DNA of 64,000 bases from Mobula hypostoma (lineage: Eukaryota): positions 2,790,001 through 2,854,000 of the forward strand of contig NC_086098.1 in NCBI RefSeq assembly GCF_963921235.1. Reading direction: 5' to 3'. Both the position numbers and the translations under genes were made by a program. Below, piece by piece: positions 1 to 10,574 of the stretch. Under the pieces are notes generated by a model, which searched no databases, was not told the origin of the DNA, and saw only the letters and a list, made by a program, of their open reading frames with translations. Numbering within the stretch: position 1 is the stretch's first letter; every line of letters starts with the position of its first letter.

Positions 1-680
1 CAGGTAGATAGGGTTGTAAAGAGAGGTTTTGGTACATTGGCCTTTATTAATCGAAGTATTGAGTATAAGAGCTGGAATGTTATGATGAGGTTGTATAAGG
101 CATTGGTGAGGCCGAATCTGGAGTATTGTGTTCAGTTTTGGTCACCAAATTACGGGAAGGATATAAATAAGGTTGAAAGAGTGCAGAGAAGGTTTACAAG
201 GATGTTGCCGGGACTTGAGAAACTCAGTTACAGAGAAAGGTTGAATAGGTTAGGACTTTATTCCCTGGAGCGTAGAAGAATGAGGGGAGATTTGATAGAG
301 GTATATAAAAATATGATGGGTATAGATAGAGTGAATGCAAGCAGGCTTTTTCCACTGAGGCAAGGGGAGAAAAAAAACCAGAGGACATGGGTTAAGGGTG
401 AGGGGGGAAAAGTTTAAAGGGAACATTGGTGGGGGGGCTTCTTCACACAGAGACACAGAGAGTGGTGGGAGTATGGAATGAGCTGCCAGATGAGGTGGTA
501 AATGTGGGTTCTTTTTTAACATTTAAGAATAAATTGGACAGATACATGGATGGGAGGTGTATGGAGGGATATGGTCCGTGTGCAGGTCAGTGGGACTAGG
601 CAGAAACTGGTTCGGCACAGCCAAGAAGGGCCAAAAGGCCTGTTTCTGTGCTGTAGTGTCTATGGTTCTATGGTTTCTAC
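1..680 (+). mobile_element. CR1 LINE 3' end (ORF2 C-terminus, 3'UTR, short-repeat tail)
   Basis: ORF 37-417 has the CR1 C-terminal motifs LYKALVRPNLEYCVQFWSP and RRRMRGDLIEVYK; ends in a TCTATGGTT-type tail. Confidence 0.93.
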
Positions 681-1324
681 GGTTCGATTTGAAAAATTAA
701 ATGGTAGTTTATCAGCCAACTCCCCATACTGTGTGGTGCATTTAATAGACTACAGTGCCTTCTCACTTTTTAGACAAGAATGAATTACAAGCAGACGTTA
801 TTTTCAGATTTAATTATTCACAAGTTTTTGAGTCACTTTCATCTTCTCAAAAGAACTATTATCATTGATGCTGTCAGCAGCCCTTGACCTGAAGGTGATT
901 AAAATAATGACTTGGTTCAAAAGAATTTTGAGATGTTCCTGTGAGTAAATTTGATAATAAAAATGAGTTCATTCAAGTAAGGAAAGTGTTTTCTATACCA
1001 TAGGGTACTGTTTTGGGTTTTAAGTGACATTTTTCTTTTCTGCAGTTACACCTTTGTCTTTCAGTATGGATCAGTGATTTTGTTAAACTTCCAGGAGGAC
1101 TGCACATCCCTCAGTCTCTGGAGCAAGGTAACAACAAAATACTGAAAAGGTGGTGGTTCTCTGCATCAGAATGGTTCTGTCACAAAACTCTAGAATCATA
1201 TGTGTTAGTCTTTGAATCATCAGCAATAGAAATAGCTTCCCACCATTTACCTGATCTACTGCATATCAGCCATGATTTAGTCTCAATGCTTTCTCCAAGG
1301 AGAACTCACACATCTACTCCAGTC

Positions 1325-1530
1325 TAAACCACACAAAAATCTGGAGAACTCAGCAGGTTAGTCAGCATCCGTGGAAGTGAACAAACATGAACACTTGAGA
1401 TTCTGCAGATGCTGGAAGTCCACAGCAACACAGACAAAATGGTGAAGGAATTCAACAGATCAGGCAGCATCGATGGACAGGAAGAAGCAGTCAACTTTTT
1501 ATTCCTTTCCACAGATGCTCTCTGACTGAC
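1325..1530. mobile_element. Penelope-like terminal-repeat (pLTR) remnants
   Basis: Matches the AGATTCTGCAGATGCTGGAA...CACAAAATGCTGGAGGAACTCAGCAGG block found at the ends of the Penelope element at 13540-15407. Confidence 0.6.
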
Positions 1531-1904
1531 CAGAGAAATAAGCAGCCAATGTCTTCATTAGGACCACCAGTTCCTCCAGTTTAACTCACAGCATTGGAAA
1601 TCATTGTAACTATTCCAGTAACGTCCATTTCTGTACCCTCTTTTCAACATTTACATCTTCGCAAATTAAAGATCAGCTTTATTTATCATGAAAACATCGA
1701 AACATACTTGCTGACCCATATGGCTTTGGAATGTGGGAGGAAACCCACACATTCACAGGGAGAATGCCCAAACTCTTTGTAGATAGCGGTGAGAATTGAA
1801 GCCTGGTATTTGGCACTGTAAATCATTTTACTAACCACAGTGCTATGGGCCACCCATGCTGGTAATACCTTGCCAGTGTTTTAAAAGTGACTACCAGCAC
1901 AAAG

Positions 1905-2325
1905 AACATAGAACAGAGAAGAGTACAGCACAGGAACAGGCCCTTCAGCCCACAATGTTAAGCCGAACCAAATAAATTAGAAAGCAAATGTCCAATTAAA
2001 CTAATCTCTTCTGACTACACAATGTCCATCCTTCTATTTCCCTCACATTTATGTACCTGTCTAAATATCTCCTAAAAATCCCTCATGTCCCTGCCTCTAC
2101 CACTACCCCAGGTAACACATTCCCAGCCTCCACCAGTCTCTGAATAAAACACTTGCCCCTCACATCTCCTTTGAAATTATCCCCTCTCACTTTACATGCA
2201 TGCCCTCTGGCATTAGACATTTCAACCCTGGGAGAAAGATACTGTCCGTCTACTCTATCAATACCTCTCATAATCTTATAAACCTCGATCAGATCTCCCC
2301 TCAGCGTTCACCACTCCAGAGGAAA
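1905..2325 (-). mobile_element. CR1 LINE 3' fragment
   Basis: ORF 2083-2271 (MRGIDRVDGQYLSPRVEM...) followed by a CR1 3'UTR. Confidence 0.85.
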
Positions 2326-2380
2326 CTATAAGTAATAAATTCATGGACAGCAGGGGTTTAGAGAGCTATACCCTAAAATG

Positions 2381-2705
2381 TGTGGGCACGTGGCCAAGTG
2401 TTTAAGGCATTGGACTAGCTACCTGAAGGTCGTGTGTTCGAGCCACAGCCGAGGGAACTTGTTGTGTCCTTGAGCAAGGCACTTAATCACACATTGCTCT
2501 GCGACGACACTGGTACCAAGCTGTATGGGTCCTAATGCCCTTCCCTTGGACAACATTGGTGTCGTGGAGAGGGGGCGACTTGCAGCATGGGCAACTGCCT
2601 GTCTTCCATACAACCTTGTCCAGGCCTGCATCCTGGAGAGTGAAGACCTTCCAGGTGCAGATCCATGGTCTCACAAGATGCCTTTACTTTACTTTACTTT
2701 TACTT
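2381..2705 (+). mobile_element. tRNA-derived SINE with CORE-like domain and (CTTTA)n tail
   Basis: A box TGGCCAAGTG, B box GTTCGAGCC, CORE-like GTTGTGTCCTTGAGCAAGGCACTTAA; TSD TACCCTAAA at 2369-2377 and 2706-2714. Confidence 0.88.
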
Positions 2706-2799
2706 TACCCTAAACATGGCTAAATGAGATTGGCTTCGTGGGCACCATAGTCAGCATAAATGAGTTGGACAGAAAGGCCTCTCTCTATGCTCTATAATA

Positions 2800-3240
2800 C
2801 CATACAATATAGGAGCATAAATAGGCCACTCGGACCATCTAGTCTGCTCTTCCATTCGATCATGGGCTGATCCAATTCTTCCAGTCATCCCCACTCCCCT
2901 GCTTTCACTCCATACCATTTGATGCCCTGGCTAATCAAGAACCTATCTATCTCTGCTTTAAGTGCACTCAAAGACTTGGTCTCCACAGTTGCTCGTGGCA
3001 ACAAAGTACACAGATTTACCACTCTCTGACAAAAGTAATTTCTCCGCATCTCTGTTCTAAGTGGACATCCTTCAATCCTGAATTCATACCCTATTGTCCT
3101 AGACTACCCTACCACTTTGCCATATCTAATCTTTTCAGGCCTTTTAACATTCGGAATGTTTCTATGAGATCCCCCTTCATTCTCTTGAGCTCCAGGGAAT
3201 ACAGCCCAAGAGCTGCCAGACATTCCTCATACGGCAACTT
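2800..3240 (-). mobile_element. CR1 LINE 3' fragment
   Basis: Reverse-complement CR1 3'UTR and ORF end; same subfamily as 46470-47172. Confidence 0.85.
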
Positions 3241-3733
3241 GATATTCTAAGTGGTAGTCAATGTGTGGTAACAGTATACATGCAGACAGAGAACATTGAA
3301 ATTACTCTCTCTGATTCCCTTAGTGTTTACATTGAGATAGGCAACAGGTAGATACAAAAATTGTTCTTCAAAGCAAAATCATGCAGATAGCGTGAGACTG
3401 AAATAAAACCAGAAGTTCAAGGAAACACTCAGCAAGTTAGCTGGCACCTCAACTGAGAGAAAAAAAAATTCTGGCTGATCTGATAGTCTTGCTAGAACTA
3501 GGAAAATTATGAGTTAAGCAGATTTTTTTTTATGCTTTTGTTTAGAGGTAAAATATGGTTCAAGGCTCTTCCAGCCTATGTGTCCAAACCACCCACTTAC
3601 ACACATGTGACCAATTATCACATTAACCCATACATCTTTGGAATCTGGAAGGAAACTGAGTGTCAGGAGGAACACATGCAGTTACATGTTTTTAAGATAG
3701 ATAGGATGCCCACTGGGGGATGTAGTGTTGTTG

Positions 3734-4083
3734 GACAGGATGGAAAAGATTACCGGTGATAGGATGGAAGGGAATACCTGCGACAGAATGGAATGGAATA
3801 CCTGCAACAGGATGGAATGGAACACCTGTGATAGGATGGAAGGGAATGCCTGTGTTAGGATGGAATGGAACACCTGTGATAGGATGAAAGGGAATACCTG
3901 TGATAGGTTGGAATGGAATACCTGTGATAGGATGAAATGGAATACCTCTGATAGGATGAAAGGGAATAACTGTGATAGGTTGGAATGGAATACCTGTGAT
4001 AGGATGAAAGGGAATACCTCTGATAGGATGGAATGGAACAACTGTGATTGGATGGAATGGAACACCTGTGATAGGATGGAAGT
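3734..4083. repeat. 24-bp minisatellite (GATAGGATGGAATGGAATACCTGT), about 14.5 copies
   Basis: Direct tandem units read in the sequence; they generate the DRMEWNTC, FHPITGIP and SQVFHSIL repeat ORFs. Confidence 0.95.
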
Positions 4084-4867
4084 AAGAAGGCATTTGACGT
4101 TGAGAAGGATGTTTGTGCTACGGGAAAAGAGATCATAATTGGAAAGACGAAGAAACCAAATTTCATTGTGGAGATGGTATCAATAGGGGATCTAGAATCA
4201 ATACCAGAAATTTCCAAAGGAAATTGTTATGAAGACGTTTCAATCTGAATGGAAAATGCTGGAAATGCTGATTATCTGAAATTATTGAATGGAACATTAA
4301 GCCTGTAAGACATGTTGTCAATGTTAAGGACTTCAATTTGCATAACGAAATCATACAGCCATCTGTTTCAGGTTAAACCTCTGGTGAATCAATTTTGCCT
4401 GATTCAATGCTTGCATGGGGGGCACATCCAAGGTCGACCAAGTGCATTCCAATTCTTAACCCATTTTGTCAAATACATCAAAATTTTCACCTTCATTCTT
4501 TTACTAGAGTAACGGCAATGATCGGGAACATGCCACTGGCTAAATTTCGTCTCCCTTTTCAGGAAAGTTCTCTCTGTGTTCCGTTATAAGGTCTGTCTAC
4601 AGTTCTGGATGAAATCAAGTCACTTTAAGAGAACATAGAGGAGTACGGCATAGTATAAGGCCTTTCAGCGCACAATGTTGCTGATCCTTTAACATAATCC
4701 AAGATCAATCTAACTTTTCCCTCCTACAAAGCTCTCCATTATTCTTTCCTCCATGTGCCTGTCTAAGAACGTTTAAATATTTTTATTTTATTTTACTTAG
4801 AGATATAGCACAGAACAGACCCTTCTGGTCCCGTGACCCACCTGTTTATCATTAGCCTAATCACACT

Positions 4868-5175
4868 TGGCACATGGCCAAGTGGTCAAGGCATTCGACT
4901 AGCGATCTGAAGGTTGTGAGTTCGAGCCCCAGCCGAGGCAGCGTGTTGTGTCCTTGAGCAAGGCACTTAACCACACAGTGCTCTGCGATGACACTGGTGT
5001 CAAGCTGTATCTTGCCCTTGCCCTTCCCGTGGACAACATCAGTGTCACGGAGAGGGGCGACTTGCAGCATGGGCAACTGCCGGTCTTCCATACAACCTTG
5101 CCCAGGCCTGCGCCCTGGAGAGTGAAGACTCTCCAGGTACAGATCCATGGTCTCACAAGACTAATGGATGCCTTA
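4868..5175 (+). mobile_element. Second copy of the tRNA/CORE-like SINE
   Basis: Colinear with 2381-2705; A and B boxes present; TSD AATCACAC at 4859-4866 and 5176-5183. Confidence 0.88.
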
Positions 5176-5239
5176 AATCACACAACATGTTACAATGACG
5201 AATTAACCCATTACCATCTTTGTTCCATGGGAGGTAACC

Positions 5240-8200
5240 AGAACGTCTGAAGGTAGGGCTGAGGAAGCAATGCAGTTGCAGCAGGACTTAAACAAATTGG
5301 AAGAATGGGTAAAATAGCGGCACATGGAATACAGTGTTGGGAAATGTATGATAACGTATTTTGGTAAAAGAAACAACAGTGTGGACTATTATCTAAATGG
5401 GGAGAAAGCTCAAACAACAAAGGTGCAGAGGAACTTAGGAGTCCTCGTGCAAGACTCTCCTGAAGTTAATTTACAGGTTGAGTCTCTGGTAGAAGGCAAA
5501 TGCAATGTTGGCATTTATATCCCGGGGAATAGAATATAAAAGCAAGGAGATAATGCAGAGCATTCGTAAGACATTAGTCAGGCCGCACTCTGAGTATTGT
5601 TAACAGTTTTGGGCCCCATATTTCAGAGAGAGTCAAGAAAGATGTAATAATAAGTGTTGTCGTGGTGGGAGATTTTAATTTCCCAAACATCGATTGGCAT
5701 CTCCCTAGGGCAAGGTGTTTAGATGGGGTGGAGTTTGTTAGATGTGTTCAGGAAGGTTTCCTGACACACTATGTAGATAAGCCTACAAGAGGAGAGGCTG
5801 TACTTAATTTGGTATTGGAAAATGAACCTGTTCAGGTGTCAGGTCTGTCAGTGGGAGAGCATTTTGAGGATAGTGATCACAATTCTATTTCCTTTATCAT
5901 AGCATTGGAGAGAGAGCAACAGACAAGTTAGGAAAGCGTTTAATTGGAGTCAGGGGAAATAAGAAGCTATCAGGCAGGAACTTGGAAGCATAAATTGGGA
6001 ACAGATGTTCTCAGGGAAATGTACAGCAGAAATGTGGCAAATGTTCAGGGGATATTTACATGGCGTTCTGCATAGGTATGTTCCAATGAGTCAGGGAAAG
6101 GATGGTAGGGTACAGGAACTGTGATGTACAAAGGCTGTTGAAAATCCAGTCAAGAAGAAAGCTTACCAAAGGTTCAAAAAACTAGGTAACGATAGAAATC
6201 TAAAAGTTTATAAGGCCAGCAGGAAGAAGTTTAAGAATGAAATTAGGAGAGCCAGAAGGGGCATGAGCAGGATTAAAGAAAACCCCAATGCATTCTACAA
6301 GTATATGAGGAGCAAGAGGACAAGACATGAGAGAACAGGACCAATCAAGTGTGACAGTGGAAAAGTGTGTATGGAACTGAAGGAGATAGCAGAGGTACTT
6401 AATGAATACTTTGCTTCAGTATTCACAATGGAAAAATGGTCTTGGCAACTGTAGGGATGACTTACAGTGGATTGAAAAGCTGGAGCATATGGACATTAAG
6501 AAAGAGAATGTGCTGGAGCTTTTGGAAAGCATCAAGTTGAATAAGTCTCCAGGACTGGACAAGATGTACCAGGCTACTGTGGGAGGAAAGGGAGCAGATT
6601 TCTGAGCCTCTGGCAATGATCTTTGCATCATCAATGGAGACAGGAGAGGTTCTGAAGATTGGAAGGTTGCAGATGTTTTCCTTTGTTCAAGAATGGGAGA
6701 AGAGATAGGCCAGGAAATTATAGACCATTGAGTCTTACTTCAGTGGTTGTTAAGTTGATGGAAAAGATCTTGAGAGGCAGGATTTATGAACATTTGGAGA
6801 TGCATAATATGATTAGGAATAGTCAGCATGGCTTTGTGAAAGGCAGTTTGTGCCTTACGAGCCTGATTGAATTTTTTGAGGATGTGACTAACCACATTGA
6901 TGAAGGAAGAGCAGTAGTTGTAGTGTATATGGATTTCAGCAAGGCATTTGATAAGGTACCCCATTCAAGGCCCTTTAAGGAGGCATGGGATCCAAGGGGA
7001 CATTGTTTTGTGGATCCAGAATTGGCTTGCCCACAGAAGGCAAAGAGTGGTTGTAGACGGGTCATATTCTGCATGGAGGTCGGTGACCAGTGGTGTGCCT
7101 CAGGGATCTGTTCTGAGAATCCTTCTCTTCGTGATTTTTATAAATGACCTGGATGAGGAAGTGGAGGGATTGGTTAGTAAATTTGCAGATGACACAAAGG
7201 TTGAGGGTGTTGTGGATAGTGTGGAGGACTGTCAGAGGTTACATCGATAGGATGCAAAACTAGGCTGAGAAGTGCCAGATGGAGTTCAACCCAGACAAAC
7301 GTGAGGTGGTTCATTTTGGTAGGTCAAATGCGATGGCAGAATATAGTATTAATGGTAAGACTCTTGGCAGTGTGGAGGATCAGAGGGATCTTAGGATCCC
7401 AGTCCATAGGACACTCAAAGCTGCTGCGCAGGTTGACACTGTGGTTAAGAAGGCATACAGTGCATTGGCTTTTATCAATCGTGGGACTGAGTTTAGGAGC
7501 CAAGAAGTAATGTTACAGCTATATATAGGACCCTGGTCAGACCCCATTTGGAGTACCGTGCTCATTTCTGGTCACCTTACTACAGGAAGAATGTGGAAAC
7601 TATAGAAAGGGTGCAGAGGAGATTTACAAGGATGTTGCCTGGATTGGGGAGCATGCCTTACGAGAATAGGTTGAGTGAACTCAGCCTTTTCTACTTGGAG
7701 ATGCTGAGGATGAGAGGTGACCTGATAGAGGTGTATAAGATGATGAGAGGCATTGATCATGTGGATAGTCAGAGGCTTTTCCCCAGGGCTGAAATGGCTA
7801 CCATGAGAGGGCACAGTTTTAAGGTGCTTGGATGTAGTTAGAGGAGATATCAGGGGGAAGTTTTCACATAGAGAATGGTGAGTGTATGGAATGGGCTGTC
7901 AGCGACAGTGGTGGAGGCAGATACGATAGGGTCGTTTAAGAGACTCCTGGATAGGTACATAGAGCTTGGAAAAGTAGAGGGCTATGGGTAACCCTAGGTA
8001 ATTTCTGAAGTAAGTACTTGTTCAGCACAGCATTGTGGGCAAAATGGCCTGTAGGTTTTCTGTTTCTATGTTTCTAAGAGGTTCATGAGGATGATTCTGG
8101 GAATGAAGGGATTAACATATGAGGAGCATTTGGCAGCTTCGTGTCTGTACTCACTGAAACTTAGAAGAATGCAGGGGATTTCATTGAAACCTACTGAATG

Positions 8201-8540
8201 TTGAAAAAACAAGATAGTGTTAATGTGGAGAGGATGTTTTCTATGGTGGGTGTATCCAGAACAGCCTCAAAATTGATGGGCAATCTTTTTGAACAGATGT
8301 AAGGAAGACTTTTTTTTTAGTCAGAAAGTACTGAATCTGTGCAATGCTCTACCAGAGACTGCGGTGGAGGCCAGGGTCCAAGTGTATATTTAAGGTGGAA
8401 CTTGATCATTTACTGGTTGGTCAAGGCATGCAAGGTTGTGGTGAGAAGGCAGATGTATTGTGTTGAGTGGGATCCAGGATCAGCCATGATAGAATGGTGG
8501 AGCTGAGCGGCCTAAGTCTTCCTATATCTTATGGTCTTAT
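5240..8540 (+). mobile_element. CR1 LINE (about 5630-8077: partial endonuclease, RT, tail) nested in an older CR1 (5240-5627 and 8078-8540)
   Basis: VGDFNFPNIDW (endonuclease), NYRPLSLTS, YMDFSKAFDKVPH, GVPQGSVL and FADDTK motifs in frameshifted ORFs; TTTCTATGTTTCTA tail near 8075. Confidence 0.92.
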
Positions 8541-9364
8541 AAGGGCCCTCTAATCTCATAAAACATGTTATTTTTGGTAATATCATTTGTTGGTAAGGTC
8601 AGAAATAGATATTAATTGCAAAATGTTGTCATTAGATGTGTGTGCTCAATGCCAGGAAAACATCAGTTGCGTCAACGTAAATCGCACACAGAAGAGTCCA
8701 GACTAATCTCAAGTCTGCAGTGATTTCATCGAGAGTCTACATTGTCATCTGGAGTTTGGAATTGTGAAACAGATGCCCAAAGTAAATGGGTTAATTAAAT
8801 TCATAAGATTCCACCTGTTAAAGAGACATCTTAACATACTTCAGGATATGAATGAGCCATGGTGACAGGTGTGTAAAATTAATGATGAAGTCATTCAATT
8901 AGATTCAGGAGGAAGAGGCATGTCAGTCCAATTCTATATTAGCCTGATCCTTACCTTGTGAGGCATACAGGTTATCACAGAATCCTTCACCTGCACCTGT
9001 TGACGCATGCTGGAGATTTGTTTCTATCTGTAAATTTGTGCCACACCAATCATTAGTACTTTCCTTTTCTGTCACCCTCTTCCTGGTGCCTTTCCTTCTT
9101 CCCTTTCTTCCATTGTCCACTCTCCTCTCCTCTCAGATTCCTTCTTCAGCCCTTTACCTTTCCCACCAACCTGGCTTCACCTATCTTCCTCTAGCCAGTC
9201 CTCCGTCCCCTCCCCTACTGTGAGGTAGTATACACGAGTTCATTATCCATTCAGAAATCTGTTGGCAGAGGGGAAGAAGCTGTTCCTAAAATGTTGAGTA
9301 TCTTCTGGCTCCTGTACCCTATATCCAGTGGATTTCCAACATCTGCAGAATCTCTTGTGTTTAT

Positions 9365-10000
9365 GATGTCAGCAAAGGCAGCAAAGTCTCTTCAAGATGT
9401 GCCTATCCTGAGAAGTTTAAAGCTGCTCTTTGATGGAAGTTCAGTGAGAGCCTCTCTCACCGCTCCCTGTCTTTAATCCCTGGTGCTCTTCAGCCCTTCG
9501 ACATGTGCTCACTCAAGCACACACCTATCACCTGCGAGTTGTTGTCAGGAACCCTGCAGCTTGCCAGAGAGCATTGAGCTTCCAGGGGTTTTGTGCACCT
9601 GCATTTACTAGAGCTTGTGTTTTGGTTTAATCTTGACAAGTTAATTGTGGCTGGCACATGATTCCCACATTCTATGATCATTGACAGAGGTCTCCCATTC
9701 AGTGTCTCAGGGGGATCGTTGTGTCAGAGAGGATGAATTTCTCTGTTGCTCCTCCATGGTTCTGATCCTGATGTCTAATCTCTTGTTATCTTCCTGGGGA
9801 TCCTGCCACTCCACCACACCCATGTCCAGTCCTTCGAGAGCGCACTATGACAGTTGTACACCTTCTTCTCCACCCACATCTGGGTTCTGCTCCCTTCCTT
9901 TCCAGTCATGAGAAGGGTCTTGGCCTGAAACTTTGACTCTATATTCCTCCCCATAGATGCTGCCTGGCCCGCTGAATTAATCAGGGATTTTGTGTTTGTT
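9365..10000 (+). mobile_element. Penelope-associated repeat: recurring block followed by a pLTR remnant
   Basis: Block AGATGTGCCTATCCTGAGAAGTTTAAAG...CAGTGAGAGCCTCTCTCAC recurs at about 47750-47910 (+) and 48500-48640 (-); degenerate hammerhead/pLTR at 9903-10000. Confidence 0.6.
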
Positions 10001-10574
10001 TTTCTGTCTGTGTGTCTCAGTTGCTGACGTGTTATACACTCACGCCAGAACTGGTGCAGTACCGGGGAGAGGAGGTGTTTCTTTCACATCACCTTTTAAA
10101 GCAACATTTCTAAATTCACGTTAGAGGCCATTGAACCATTCTGAATGTATTTATTATGCTTCTTGCATCGCTTAATAACTGATGTTGAAGTGGATGACTT
10201 AAAAAAAAGCGATTTGTAGACAATTAGTGTACAAATAACAGTGACTTTATAACAAGGCTAATTGCTCTTGCATGCATAAATCAAAAAAACATTTGAATTA
10301 ATTGCTGAAAATATTTGGCATAAATGGTGATTACTGAGTATGTTGGAATTGTCCTGTAATCACAGGTCAACTCTGTTGTCACACATATCTATGGAGTTCC
10401 CTCGACAGACAACCAAGGCCATTCTTCTGTGATATTGCTTGATTTAACAGTATTCATTAGCTTAACATGGATTGGAGTATAATGTATATTGATAACTTTT
10501 TCTACACCTCTAAGCAAGAAGTTCTGAAAAATAATGTAATTCTTCTCTGTAGAAGACTACATGCCCTATTTTGA

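Noticed and set aside
2384..2455. tRNA gene
   Set aside because: It is the head of a SINE with body, tail and TSD; likewise 4868-4940 and 18428-18500
3725..4138. Cys/Trp repeat protein gene (DRMEWNTC)n
   Set aside because: Non-ATG start in the track, no splice or promoter support; the ORF is explained by the 24-bp repeat
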